Shown: in pieces, positions 17,609 through 30,966 of the stretch
Layout of the letters: each line of letters starts with the position of its first letter
How positions within the stretch are numbered: the first letter of the stretch is position 1
NCBI GenBank assembly: GCA_002269645.1
Contig: NIVC01000034.1
Span: forward strand, 62,001 to 126,000
DNA: 64,000 nucleotides
Direction of reading: 5' to 3'
Source: Macrostomum lignano
Taxonomy: Eukaryota
Program-made: the position numbers and the translations under genes
Notes under the pieces: generated by a model
What the model was told of the DNA's origin: nothing
Database searches by the model: none
Seen by the model: the letters and a program-made list of their open reading frames with translations, nothing else

Positions 17609-18266
17609 GTCAATCCTGACGTTAATCAACATTAGTATAGCATTTCTCATAGCATCTAATCTCACATGAAACTCGTACTTCCACACGCCGCAAACCATGA
17701 AGCACGTAGTCAGATTTAGTTTTAATATATGAGTTGCAAGTAAATAATATTCCAGAGAGATAATATTTCTAAGTATAAGCTGGCTGAGTTCAGTAGCTGC
17801 TCGTCGACTGAGTCGAAGGCTGCTTGACATCCTCAAACAGCTGCCGCAGTGGTATTGGCGATAAGGTGGCGCAACCGTCAGCACCTTTGCTTGGTTGACA
17901 GAATCGTAGCATCAATGGGAAATCTTTAATCAGATCTTTAGTCAATCCTGACGTTAATCAACATTAGTATAGCATTTCTCATAGCATCTAATCTCACATG
18001 AAACTCGTACTTCCACACGCTGCAAACCATGAAGCACGTAGTCAGATTTAGTTTTAATATATGAGTTGCAAGTAAATAATATTCCAGAGAGATAATATTT
18101 CTAAGTATAAGCTGGCTGAGTTCAGTAGCTGCTCGTCGACTGAGTCGAAGGCTGCTTGACATCCTCAAACAGCTGCCGCAGTGGTATTGGCGATAAGGTG
18201 GCGCAACCGTCAGCACCTTTGCTTGGTTGACAGAATCGTAGCATCAATGGGAAATCTTTAATCAGA
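17609..18266. repeat. 326-bp direct tandem duplication (17609..17934 and 17941..18266)
   Basis: Two near-identical copies separated by tcttta; covers the last codons and 3' flank of the TRP-like gene. Confidence 0.9.
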
Positions 18267-20161
18267 CCCAGTCGCATTATTAAAGTCCGCTTTCTATGGC
18301 ACATAGCCATTAATTGGTGCGCTAAGTACACGGCTAGCAGGGTCTGATGCTCTTTAACGTGCTGACTAATGCAAGAGATATTCAACGATAGCAATGCTAT
18401 AGTGAAGTTCAATAGCGACACGCAGATGAAGAAGTAGAAAAACGGCTGCGCATAAGATATTATTAATAGGCCAGATTCTGAAATAATGTTGACGTTGAAG
18501 AATAGCCGGTACATAGCCACTAGATATCCCAGTGCATTTGTTCCAATTGAGGTTTCGTAAGGCATAGAGAAGTAAGCCATGACAGTGAATAGTATCATCG
18601 GTATGAGTAGCATATAAGCTACAGCCGCCCAATTTTTTAGCGAATAAACCAGATAGAGAAATACACAGCTCCTTGTGGACATTTGAACAGCTGACATTAT
18701 CGCCGAAGTTAGTAGCAAAGATGTTAAAACGAATGTTACAATAGCCAAATTGTAACTGCTAATAGTTGTGACTGTTTGATTGGTAGTTCCATTTGTTCCT
18801 GCTGTTATAATTGTTTCTGAAATGAATGATGCATCATTGATTTGATTAAGTCAATAATTGATTAACAGATAAAAGCTATGGGTCTTACCTTCGTACAAAT
18901 TTGGTAGTACGCAAACTTCCCAGCCGAACAAAAATATGATGTCCAGTATTGCTTGAAAGTAGCACCAGTCGTACAATTTCTTAGAGAGCAATACCTTGCT
19001 AAGCAACAGTTCGACCAGTTTCCGTCCCATTTGTCGTCTCTCCGACGGTAGACACCAAGCGTAGTTGAGTTTGAGGGCGAGTCCAGCTGAAGCTAATATT
19101 AATAGCAGCAGCTGCATCAGATAGCGAGTTATATTAACTAGCCTCAAGGATCTCAATAATCGCTCGGAATTAAGCCAATCTGCTATCTTCTCTTGTTTAG
19201 ATCCGTCGCCTCCAAGCATGCTTGGACCAGAGATGCGAACCGTCGATTCGCTTGTGAAACAATTTTTTGTGTAAATCTTGGCCATGATTGAAGGCACCAG
19301 TATAAGATAAAACAGTCCCCACAGTGTTGGCACCAATGCGGACTGTATTCTCATGATAGTCTTCTTCTGAGTCAAGTCTTTGATTCTGGTTGCCCACTCT
19401 TTTATTATATAGTTATTGTAGAAGTCTAGCTGTTTACTCTTAAACGTATTATTATGATTATTGAACACTTCGTCGGCAAATAGCATCATGGGACTTTTTC
19501 TAAACCGGTCTCCCGACCAGCTGTAGTCGGAGAGATCAACAGTCTCCAGTGTCCACTTGCCCAGCTTGCATCGTTGCACTAAGTGACCAGGCGTGCGTAG
19601 GAAGCTTTTGCTCAAATAGTATCGACTCTTCAATGCGGCATATTCCCACGGTAGATAGCCGTCGCTTTCGTATGCTACTAGTGATGCAAGAAAGCTTGGA
19701 GCATCCTCTTTAAGTGCATCGTAGGTCGCAGCAAAGTGCTGCTCTGCGTGTTCGCCAACTCTGCTGCAACAAAAATCAATCAGTGTAAATAAACTTCGAT
19801 TAAATGTTGGTAGCATTCTTCTACCAATGACTTCGAGATCTTTAACAATTAGCCTAGCAAAATCTAGTTCCTGTGATACAATCAGATCAACAAGTATGTT
19901 CAGTTCGCTCTCTTGTACGTTTAAACTGTCCGCAATTGTCTTGTTGACGTCAAGTTTCAGTCTGTACTGCGACAGGAACTGGAACTTTCTAGGCGGATCC
20001 ATTTTTGTGTAGAGCAATCGCAGATTATCGTAGTCTCCGTTTGTTAAAAAGTTTTGCAGTCGGGCGACTTCTGTTGGCATTTTGGTAGCAGGTTCCACTT
20101 GCGATTGCTCCGTTATTAGTGGCTTGTTGCTGAACAGATCTGTTTTTCCTTTGTCGTTCAT
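18122..20161 (-). CDS. Divergent TRP-family (TRPV-like) cation channel, complement(join(18122..18816,18889..20161)), 655 aa
   Basis: GYLPWEYAA...GKWTLETVDLSD resembles the last-ankyrin/linker region of TRPV; several hydrophobic helices; S6/TRP-box-like FFYFFICVSLLNFTIALLS...LAHQLMAM; phase-1 GT-AG intron keeps frame (1968 nt total). Confidence 0.6.
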
Positions 20162-20595
20162 TATTAACGCCGCGAGTTTTAAAACTACCGCTTGAGTGGG
20201 TTCTTTTATCTCACTTTAGCAGCTTGATCTGAATGCAGTTAAACAAAAGCTAAGCGGAATATAGTCTGGTCTGCCTGCCCGCCTGCGTCTGTTTGCCTCC
20301 CAGTCCGGGGTTAGTTATTCTTCCCTTTTTATTATGCGTCCTGCCGCTGTCGTGGACCAGTTGAGATGGAAACTTAATTAGATTAGATTACTTCCAATTC
20401 CTATTTTATTGACCATAGTAATCTAATCTATGACTTCGTGACCGGAGCTTTATTCTACTGTGTGCTCAACGCGGACCATATCTATTTGCAGTGCCCAGCG
20501 ACTTGATAGCAACTAACTGACTGCGTACAGACAGCGCTTAATGTATTTTTCACTATATTGCATTTCTGAAATAATTCCTCCATGTCGACACATTA

Positions 20596-23125
20596 ATGCC
20601 ACACTACCGGCCTTTAGCAACCAAATTCTTCCAAGCCTCAATTGCCTTAGCAACTAAAAATTCTAGCGCCGAAGTAGTTGCCGTCTGCGTTGCTATGCAA
20701 CACCAACAGCCGCAGCGACGCAATGCTTCAATCGGCGTCGCTAGCGGCAACCAGCGTCATCACCAACAGCAGCAGCATCAACGACGTCGACCACTTCCGC
20801 CGCCGACTGCATCTCACAGCGCCGACAGTTTAACATCCGGCATGCAGCGCTTGTCGGTGTCGAATAGACGGGGACTGACAACCGCCGCGTCGAATTCCGC
20901 AGGTAAAGCCGTCGGCGCCAAACCGACAACGGCGGCGGCGACCAGCGTCAGGCGTCGTACTATTGGCAGCGGTAACGGCGTCGACGGACAGCCTCCTAAA
21001 CCAGGTCAGGTGACCTCTCTAGCCGACGTGGCCAACCTTCTGTCAAACGGTCGCGTCAGCAACATTGTGGTGATGGCTGGTGCGGGAATTTCCACAGCTA
21101 GCGGCATACCGGATTTCCGTACGCCGGGCACCGGGCTCTACGATAATTTGAAACAGTTCAAGATTCCTTATCCTGAGGCTATCTTCGATTTGGATTATTT
21201 CTTTGTTAATCCTAAGCCATTCTTTGCTTTGGCTAAAGAGCTGTACCCGTCTGGAAGGTACCGGCCTAACCTGGTGCACTGCTTCTGTCGTCTGCTGCAC
21301 GATAAAGGGATGCTGTCTAGGTGAGCTGGGCTTGTGTTTGATGTACTGTCTCGTGGGTGAGATTTCAAGGGTGAGATTGGCTGTTTCATGGATGAGATTG
21401 GCTGTCTTATGGGGTGAGATTGGCTGTTTCATGGGTGAGATTGGCTGTTTTATGGGTGAGATTGGCTGTTTTATGGGTGAGATTGGCTGTTTCATGGGTG
21501 AGATTGGCTGTCTTATGGTGAGATTGGCTGTTTCATGGGTGAGATTGGCTGTTTCATGGGTGAGATTGGCTGTTTCATGGGTGAGATTGGCTGTCTATGG
21601 GTGAAATTGGCTGTCTTAGGGTGAGATTGGCTGTTTCATGGGTGAGATTGGCTGTCTTATGGGGTGAGATTGGCTGTTTCATGGATGAGATTGGCTGTTT
21701 CATGGGTGAGATTGGCTGTTTCATGGGTGAGATTGGCTGTTTCATGGGTGTGATTGGCTGTTTCATGGGTGTGATTGGCTGTTTCATGGCTGTCTCATGG
21801 GTGAATTGGCTGTTTCATGGGTGTGATTGGCTGTAACTTCATGTGATACGCTTATTCCATAGGATAAGTAGATCAAATCAATCTCATACATACTATATAT
21901 TTCTAACAAACACTCCAGAGTCTACACTCAGAACATTGACGGCCTGGAGAGACTAGCCGGCATCCCCCCGGAGAAGCTGGTGGAAGCTCACGGCACCTTT
22001 GCCACCGCCACCTGCACTCACTGCTGCCGTCAGCTCCCTGCCGTGTACGTTAGGCCGATGATACTGCAAGGTCAGGTGCCCATCTGCAGCAAGCTGCGCG
22101 GCCAAGGCGTCTGCCCAGGCGTTCTCAAACCCGACATTGTATTCTTTGGCGAAGATTTACCAGCCAGGTTCTGGCACTATTTGAGAGATTTTGCCCACTG
22201 CGATTTGTTGATTGTGCTGGGGACCAGTTTGCAGGTGAGTGCATCTAAGGCATTGCTATTGCAACTGACCCTTATTGCCTAATTGCCTAATTATCTTAAT
22301 GATATCCCCCTAATTACCCTCTCTCCTAATAACATTTTCCCCTAATTGCACTTTCCTTAATTACCCCTAATTAACATCCGCCCTAATTACCCCTTTAATT
22401 ACCTCTAATTAACCCCCCTAATTACCCTCCTCCCTAATTACCCTCTGCCCAAATTACTCACCCTCATAATTTAATTGCCCTCTTCCCTAATTACCCCCCT
22501 TAATTGCCTCACCCTAATTATCTACCCTCAGGTGGAGCCATTCGCAGGCATAGTAGACTCAACTCGCCTAACGGTGCCCCGCCTATTAATAAACCGGGAC
22601 GCAGTCGGCCCATTCCGCGGCGCCAAGCCTCGCCGACCAAACGATCTAGCGGCTACTGGTGATCTTGTTGAACGAGTGCTTGAGTTGGCTAATCTGGCTG
22701 GCTGGTCAGATGAACTCGTGACCTTGTCTGATCGGATTAATCTTGATATTGACGCCTGTCCCGATCCGTTCGAGTCTAATAATAATAATAGTAATAATAG
22801 TCCGACTCCCGCTCAGACTCGTCCGCAGCATCATCTGCCACCGCTGCCTCATGCCAAGCAGCAACCGTCAGCGAAGCCGGCAACTGAATCAACAACTTCG
22901 GTTGCCAATAGCAACAACAATGCCAGACGAGCTTTAGAAGCTGGTAATAATAAATCTGTCATAGCTGCCGCTGTTCGAGTGAAACCCGGCATACCATTGG
23001 TTCAACGGCACAAGCGTTCACAGAGTCAGCAAAGAAGACAGCCGCCTCGCCAACTGTCGACTTCCAGCAGCAGCAGTAGTTCGTGCAGTAGTCCAGATTC
23101 CGATTCGACATCTTCGGGCGATTGA
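20596..23125 (+). CDS. SIRT3: Class I sirtuin NAD-dependent deacylase, SIRT3-like, join(20596..21320,21919..22234,22532..23125)
   Basis: [32 protein letters not shown]...[29 protein letters not shown], two Cys pairs, [14 protein letters not shown]|VEPFA. Confidence 0.88.
21365..21835. repeat. 21-bp minisatellite (gggtgagattggctgtttcat) in SIRT3 intron 1
   Basis: About 20 visible tandem units. Confidence 0.9.
22262..22525. repeat. Degenerate ccctaatta repeat in SIRT3 intron 2
   Basis: Recurrent ctaatta/ccctaatt cores. Confidence 0.7.
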
Positions 23126-23814
23126 ATTTTTTTTAATTGAAGTGCGATTTTTTTAATATCGGGAATTATTTAGCTAGTTAGATGCTGATCGCACTACTTA
23201 TCTATCAGTAGTTAGTAGTATTTAAAGTGGCAAAATATTTCATTCAAGTTAAATTTGTTAGATAGCTTCCTAGATTTACTACTTAATGCCGAATTTTGAG
23301 TATAGTAGTTAAAGAGTATTGTAACAAGCAAATAATTTTAAAGAACACAACAACACTGGTAAATGAAAAATCCTGTTTAAGATTTAAAATTTAATATCGT
23401 TGCCTTTAAATAGTAAATAATAACTTCTTTTGTTTGCTCCTTCTTCCATTTATGCATTTTTCGTGCGCACGTTTTTCTAAATTTATACTACTGTTGAATA
23501 AGTGTACAGTAGTATAAAAAGAATTCAATTTTAGTAGACGTTTGCCTATCTTAAAATAAGATTTAACAATTAACACTTGAGAAATTATATATAGAGCTTC
23601 GTGTTGAACTTTCATTCACCCATCTGACCAAAATTGGTCATATTTGAGTAAGATAACACTGATATTGACAATCTGACTGTTTTCTTCAGTTTAAACTTGT
23701 GTGTCTAACGCGTGCTTTTCACAAAATATTTATGTTTATTTAATAGATACTAGAATAACTAGCTAGATATGTTACTCGCAAGGGTGCTACTCGTTTATCT
23801 TCTCTTTTAGTAAC

Positions 23815-24100
23815 GCAATTTGCCCTTCTTTCCTTACTGCTCTCTCATTGGCTGAGCTAAATTGGGCCTGTCCCCTAGGCTGAGTTTCGTCCGTCTGACT
23901 TTGACCCTCTCTCCTTACTGCTCTCTCATTGGCTGAGCTAATTTGGGCCTGTCCCCTAGGCTGAGTTTCGTCCGTCTGACTTTGACCCTCTCTCCTTACT
24001 GCTCTCTCATTGGCTGAGCTAAATTGGGCCTGTCCCCTAGGCTGAGTTTTGTCCGTCTGACTTTGACCCTCTCTCCTTACTGCTCTCTCATTGGCTAGGC
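23815..24100. repeat. 81-bp tandem repeat, about 3.5 copies
   Basis: ccttactgctctctcattggctgagcta...ctgactttgacc repeated. Confidence 0.88.
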
Positions 24101-24519
24101 CAGATTGGTCGCTCAGCATTGTTACAACTTTAATTGCGAATGACATATCTAAAGTTCGTCTAGTATGTGATATTTATTTTTAACAAAATGATTTCTAATC
24201 AGAGCACGGTTGTTATTTATTAAATTTATAGTCACATGGATTGGTAAATAATTAATAAACGAATGGTTCGACTCTCTCTCGGCCTGTTTTTCGACTTTTA
24301 TTTTCTTTGTTGAACTGCATTCGCAGTTCTTGTTTTGTGTAGAATTTTACATTTATTTTTTATATATAAAATCTACTTGAAATGCATGTACAAGTACACG
24401 GAAATCCTTCCTGGCAGAGCCTTACTTACTTTCTTTGTCCTATCTATAAGGACCAGTTATTTTTTTCTGGCGATTACCAGAAATGTACATACCCAAAGAA
24501 CATCATCTACATATTTGAG

Positions 24520-24700
24520 AGATACCCAATCAGACATCCACTCTTACTGGATAGATAGATACCCAATCAGACACCCACTCTTATCAGATAGATACCCAAT
24601 CAGACACCAACTCTTATCAGAGAGATACCCAATCAGACACCAACTATTATCAGATAGATACCCAATCAGACACCCATAGCCATCAGAAAGATACCCAATT
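24520..24700. repeat. About 30-bp repeat (agatacccaatcagacacc)
   Basis: About 5 tandem units upstream of msrB. Confidence 0.8.
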
Positions 24701-24811
24701 ATAAAAAACCAAATAAAAGTCTCACAATAGTTTTGTCAATCGGATTTATGCCAATATCAGCCAATAAAAATTCCGCCACTGCTGTTCCGGTGCTGCCAGC
24801 TTCTCATCGCG

Positions 24812-26871
24812 ATGAACCTCCTACAGATGGTCACATCGCAACAGTCGGAGAAGCTCGAACGTTTAGCTAAGAAAAGTCCGCCAGTTTGCGTTGCTTCTCC
24901 GACTGCGTCAGCTGTTGTTGGAGCTTCGTCTCCGACGACGCCGTCAGCTAACGGCGGTCAGCAATGCGCGGCGGAATTCAGCGACCCAGATTTGCGAAAC
25001 CGGCTGACGCCAGTGCAGTACGAGGTCACTCAGCTGAGGGGAACAGAGAAGTAAGTATAAGTGGTTTTGATTGGCTGGTATGATTCTGATTGGTTAGAAG
25101 CTCATATCAGTGATTCTGATTGGCTGCGACCTCATTGAAGAGATTTTGATTGGCTCACACCTCAATACAGAGATTATGTTCGGCTGGGATCTCAATACAG
25201 AGATTCTAATTGGCTGAGATATCAATAGAGAGATTCTAATTGGTTGCGGCCTCATTGCAGAGATTTTGATTGGCTCAGACCTCAATACAGAGATTCTGAT
25301 TGGCTGAGATCTCAATACAGAGATTTTGATTGGCTGAGATCTCAAAAAGGTGATTTTGATTGGTTGAGACCTCAATACAGAGATTCTGATTGGCTGAGGT
25401 CTCAATAGAGTAATTCTGATTGGCTGGGATGTCAATAGAGCAGTTCTGATTGGCTGGGATCTCAGTGGAGCAATTCTGATTGGCTGGGATCTCAGTGGAG
25501 CAATTCTGATTGGCTGGGATCTCAGTGGAGCAATTCTGATTGGCTGGGATCTCAGTGGAGCAATTCTGGTTGGCTGGGATGTCAGTGGAGCAATTCTGAT
25601 TGGCTGGTATGTCAATAGAGCAATTCTGATTGGCTCGAAAAGACCTGTAATTATGTAGTAGTTTCGAACTGACGGAGTTTGATTTCAGTGGTCTAAAATT
25701 CCGATTCACCCTAATATTATAATATTTGTTTCAAATCCCCGTTTCTACCCCGCGTTGCTAGGCGCTTCTCCGGTCAGTATCTGCGCGAAAAATCACCCGG
25801 CGTTTACGAGTGCGTTGTCTGCGGCACTGAACTGTTCTCCTCCGGGCACAAATTCGACTCCGGCTGCGGCTGGCCAGCCTTCTATGACGTCATGCACGAT
25901 GGCCGCATCGCCATGGTTAAGGACACCTCGCATGGTTGGTTCTAAATGTGCTTCATGCGTGCAATTTAACATCCATCTCACTCCACATCCACTCGACCAC
26001 TCCACATCCACCCCACTCTCCACATCCACCACTCCACATCCACCCCATTCCACATCCACCTCACTCCACATCTACCACATTCCACATCCACCCTATTCGA
26101 CATCCACCCCACTTCACATCCACCCCACTCCACATCCACCCCACTCCACATCCACCCCACTCCACATCCACTCCAATCCACATCCACTTCACTCCATATC
26201 CACCCCACTCCACATCCACCCCACTCCACATCCACTCCAATCCACATCCACTTCACTCCATATCCACCCCACTCTACATCCACCCCACTTTACATCTACC
26301 ACATTCCACATCCACTCCATTCCACATCCACCCCATTTGACATCCACCTCACTCCACATCCTCTCCATTCCACATTCACTCCACATCCACCTCACTCCAC
26401 ATCCTCTCCATTCCACATTCACTCCACATCCACCTCACTCCACATCCACCTCACTCCACATCCACCTCACTCCACATCCACCTCACTCCACATCTACCTC
26501 ACTCCACATCCACCTCACTCCACATCCACCTCACTCCACATCCACCTCACTCCACATCCACCTCACTCCACATCCACCTCACTCCACATCCACCTCACTC
26601 CACATCCACCTCACTCCACATCCACCTCACTCCACATCCACCTCACTCCACATCCACCCACCAACATCCAACAGGCATGATGCGCTACGAGGTTCGCTGC
26701 GCCAAATGCGGCGCCCACCTCGGTCACGTGTTCGACGACGGGCCCAGGCCGACGGGTCTGCGCTATTGCGTCAACTCGGCTGCGTTAAATTTTTCACCAG
26801 AAAAACCGGCAACAACTCCGACTGAGGCTCAGGTGGACGAGCAGTCGAAAGCGGAACGTCAGGATCTGTAA
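24812..26871 (+). CDS. MSRB: Methionine-R-sulfoxide reductase (zinc-binding, Cys-type MsrB), join(24812..25050,25762..25934,26675..26871)
   Basis: [70 protein letters not shown]; start codon uncertain. Confidence 0.92.
25065..25640. repeat. 30-bp minisatellite (gattctgattggctgagatctcaatacaga) in msrB intron 1
   Basis: About 19 tandem units. Confidence 0.9.
25960..26670. repeat. C/A-rich minisatellite (actccacatccacctc-like) in msrB intron 2
   Basis: Tandem ccacatcc cores up to the acceptor. Confidence 0.9.
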
Positions 26872-27059
26872 TGCTTGGAACTTTTAATATATAATTGCCG
26901 TAGTGCGTTTGTAATTGACAAGCGGTGTTTTCCTGTTGTTTTATTACCCTGCTCTCTACCTGATTATAATTTTGCATCGTGTTTGTCAGCGCTAATTAAT
27001 ATCACACGCTTTCATGGATCACCAAATCTGCTGATATCTGGACTGTGAACTGGACCCAC

Positions 27060-27850
27060 GAACCCTCCTCCAACTGTGCGTCTCTCTCCCCCTAAACACC
27101 CACCCCACCCCCTTTAACTGTTCGCCTCTCTGCCCCTGTACACCCACCACATCCCCTTTAACTGTTCGCCTCTCTGCCCCTGTACACCCACCACACCCCC
27201 TTTAACTGTTCGCCTCTCTGCCCCTGTACACCCACCCACCCCTTTAACTGTTCGCCTCTCTGCCCCTGTACACCCACCACACCCCCTTTAACTGTTCGCC
27301 TCTCTGCCCCTGTACACCCACCACACCCCCTTTAACTGTTCGCCTCTCTGCCCCTGTACACCCACCCACCCCTTTAACTGTTCGCCTCTGCCCCTGTACA
27401 CCCACCACCCCCTTTAACTGTTCGCCTCTGCCCCTGTACACCCACCACACCCCCTTTAACTGTTCGCCTCTCTGCCCCTGTACACCCACCACACCCCTTT
27501 AACTGTTCGCCTCTCTGCCCCTGTACACCCACCCCACCCCTTTAACTGTTCGCCTCTCTGCCCCTGTACACCCACCACACCCCCTTTAACTGTTCGCCTC
27601 TCTGCCCCTGAACACCCACCCCACCCCTTTAACTGTTCGCCTCTCTGCCCCTGTACACCCACCACACCCCCTTTAACTGTTCGCCTCTCTGCCCCTGTAC
27701 ACCCACCCCACCCCTTTAACTGTTCGCCTCTCTGCCCCTGTACACCCACCACACCCCCTTTAACTGTTCGCCTCTCTGCCCCTGAACACCCACCCCACCC
27801 TCCTCCAACTGTGCATCTCTCTCCCTTCATACCCAACCACCCTCCTCCGA
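27060..27850. repeat. About 45-bp minisatellite (tttaactgttcgcctctctgcccctgtacacccaccacacccc)
   Basis: About 16 tandem units. Confidence 0.9.
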
Positions 27851-28679
27851 CTTTCAATAATTATTCATAACAGCTGATAATCAGTGTTTTTCTCTTTACT
27901 TTTTGTTGTACTGTTTGACATTATCACTATATTTCTATATTTATTAACTTTTTGCCCCGCGTTCTTTAATCGTTTTTTACATAGAATTCTACAATCTGCG
28001 ATATCAGAAATAAAATGTTTATATAATTTTTATTTCTCTTTCCTATTTTGTTGTTGTCGCTTTTTCCCTCAGATAATTTTAATACGCTTTCTTCATTTCA
28101 GTAGTATCTATAGATTTTTTGTTATTAGGATAAAATATGTAAATTCTCATTGAGTTGTGCTTTTGATTTTTACATGTAATACCCAAAAAATGCATACTTT
28201 ACGTTGAGTTTAGACTAGCAATCCTTTAGTGTTGAAATACCGGAAAGTATTATTATTGAATTTCAATTAGAAGTTATATCAATATTTAATTCTTGATGTT
28301 CGCATCATTTTATAAACTATTGTAAATTTTAAACACCAAGTTTATAACGCGTTATGTTTATTCTGCATGTGCGTAATATACTACTAGCTTGTACTAATAA
28401 TGATGCTATATAAACCAGTATTTATTTAAGGAAGTTTGAAAATTTATTTAAAATCACCTCTCAGTGCCTGTTGGTTTCTGTGCGTTGAATAATTTAACCA
28501 AACTTATTGTTTAAGTGAAACTGTTTAATTTGTTCTAATAATCACTCACTCACTTTCATCTTTTTCGCTTTTTTGAACCAATGAAATAACAAACTGATAC
28601 TTGATGCCTGTTCGTTACTGCGCTGCGTTGACTATTGAAATTATTAAAGAAAGTTTTTTGTCTTCAAGTTATTCTTTTT

Positions 28680-29470
28680 TAATCTCCACTCTCAAAATCA
28701 CCCCCAAGAATCTCTACTCTCAAAATCAACCCCAAGAATCTCTACTCTCAAAATCGCCCCAAGAATCTCCATTCTCAAAATCGCCCCAGGAATCTCCATT
28801 CTCAAAATCACCCCCAATAATCCCCATTCTCAAAATCGCCCCCAAGAATCTCAGACCTCAAAATCGCCCCTAAGAATCTCCATTCTCAAAATCGCCCAGG
28901 AATCTCCATTCTCAAAATCACCCCCAATAATCCCGATTCTCAAAATCGCCCCCAAGAATCTCCATTCTTAAAATCGCCCCCAAGAATCTCAGACCTCAAA
29001 AATCGCCCAAGAATCTCCATCCTCGAAATCGCCCCAAGAATCTCAAGCCTTAAAAATCGCCCCCAAGAATCTCCACTCTCAAAATCGCCATCAAGAATCT
29101 CAGACCTCAAAAGTCGCCCAAGAATCTCCATTCTCAAAATCGCCCCCAAGAATCTCAGACCTCAAAATCGCCCCCAAGAATCTCCATTCTCAAAATCGCC
29201 ATCAAGAATCTCAGACCTCAAAAGTCGCCCAAGAATCTCCATTCTCAAAATCGCCATCAAGAATCTCAGACCTCAAAATCGCCCCCAAGAATCTCACTTC
29301 TCAAAATCGCCCCAAGAATCTCAAGCCTTAAAAATCGCCCCCAAGAATCTCCGCTCTCAAAATCGCCCCAAGAATCTCAATTCTCAAAATCGCTCTCAAA
29401 AACCTCTACCGTCAAAATAACCCTAAGAATCTCCACCCTCAAAATCGCCCCCAAGAATCTCCATCCTTAA
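28680..29470. repeat. 28-bp minisatellite (ctcaaaatcgcccccaagaatctccatt)
   Basis: Over 25 tandem units. Confidence 0.9.
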
Positions 29471-29694
29471 AAAGTCGTTAATAAGTCTTTAAGACCCCGT
29501 TGGCATTACTGTTACAGAATGCAAGCGAGCAGAGTATAAAATCGTGCTAAATGACTTAGCTAATGTGGCAAATTTTAAGTAGCAATCATATTAGCCTTCA
29601 AAAATTTTCTGTTATATTATCTCTTCGATCTAAAAGCAAAGGTAGTTCAACAGTTCAACAGAGTTTCAGTATCATCTCCATCTGTACGTCAATC

Positions 29695-30795
29695 TTATTG
29701 TCGCATGATGTCAAACAGCAGTTGCAGTTGGGCCGAAGTGAGACTGGCATTGGCCAATGCAAAACCGGACACTGTTCCCATCAGTGAGCTGGTGTATCCG
29801 ATGTGTGTACGGCCGAGACTCAAGCAGTACCTGTTTGGTTCAACTATAAGTCCCACCGGTGAAATGGACAATATGTCAGTCAGAACCGTCTGATCCACCG
29901 AGATGTTCACCTGACTTCCGGGAATGGACGCAGTCAGAGCGATGTTGTGCCAAACAGACGAGTTATTCGACAGAGGAGAATTAAGCGTATTGATTTGAGC
30001 ATTAGGCCTGCTGCCTAGCAACGAGTTGTAGGTCAGCTGCCTTGATGAGGGACTCTCCCAGAGCAGGCCTGTTCGTATAGACAGCATATTGCAGTCCATG
30101 GTTTCAACCAGGGCTTGAACTCCCGGCTTCCGTTTAAGCCTCAGCAGCCACGAGAAGCCTTGAAGCAGACTGCTGGCATAGCCCCGACTGTTGGTTAGCA
30201 GCAGTTCGGAATTCACTCCATCGAATTTTGCTCCTTCTTTGCCCAACTGGACTCCACCAGTGATAGTCAACCTGTTGACATTGTCAGCCTGTTGACAGAT
30301 CAGATTCTCCATTCCGGATTTGCTACTGGAGAACAGCCACAGGCCTAGCAGAGAGCTGCCAATAGCTCCAATATCTTTCACTTGTTTCGCCGATATTGGC
30401 CATCGTACAAAAGCTTGACAATCGCCCTTAGCAACTGTGGAACCGGCTATTGGTGTTAAAAATTTCCGACAGACCGACTGATAGGCGAACAGGCTGCACA
30501 CCCTGGTGAGAGAGTTGAACTGGGCCACTGCTGGCATCTGGGCCGGATGCTCAGTCACTTCTCCGACTCTTAGCCAAGCTGTAGCTTCAGCCAGGCAGTC
30601 CAGGATACTCGAGCTGCGACCAATCGAACTTGTTAGAATGTCATCAGCGTTATCTGGGGCCAGACACTGGCTGCCAGAGTCGGCTCGAAGCCAATTCTGC
30701 TGATTGTTGCCGATGAGTGAAGAACTGCTTGTTTCCAGTTGTCCGAACGAGATTATTAGCAGGGCTAACAATTGCCAACAAGCATTGGTCGCCAT
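29695..30795 (-). CDS. Intronless secreted protein: signal peptide, Cys-containing PAN/apple-like region, LamG/concanavalin-like domain
   Basis: 366-aa ORF; LLALLIISFG signal-like; AKFDGVNSELLL, WHNIALT...VDQ and LSLG...MGTVSGFAL resemble LamG_3; domain calls are by eye. Confidence 0.6.
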   Translation of the reverse strand: MATNACWQLLALLIISFGQLETSSSSLIGNNQQNWLRADSGSQCLAPDNADDILTSSIGRSSSILDCLAEATAWLRVGEVTEHPAQMPAVAQFNSLTRVCSLFAYQSVCRKFLTPIAGSTVAKGDCQAFVRWPISAKQVKDIGAIGSSLLGLWLFSSSKSGMENLICQQADNVNRLTITGGVQLGKEGAKFDGVNSELLLTNSRGYASSLLQGFSWLLRLKRKPGVQALVETMDCNMLSIRTGLLWESPSSRQLTYNSLLGSRPNAQINTLNSPLSNNSSVWHNIALTASIPGSQVNISVDQTVLTDILSISPVGLIVEPNRYCLSLGRTHIGYTSSLMGTVSGFALANASLTSAQLQLLFDIMRQ

Positions 30796-30966
30796 CCTGT
30801 GGTTTGTGGAATTGGAGTTAGAGATCTATATCAAGCTAGGTTCGTCGATTCGGTTGCTAATATCATCAACTCAGTTTTTGCTTTCTGGTGCCCACCGCTT
30901 AACTGCCAAACTATAATTCTTGTTAAGGTGTCACGTGACTTACTTTTAGTCTCCGTTTAAGATTAA

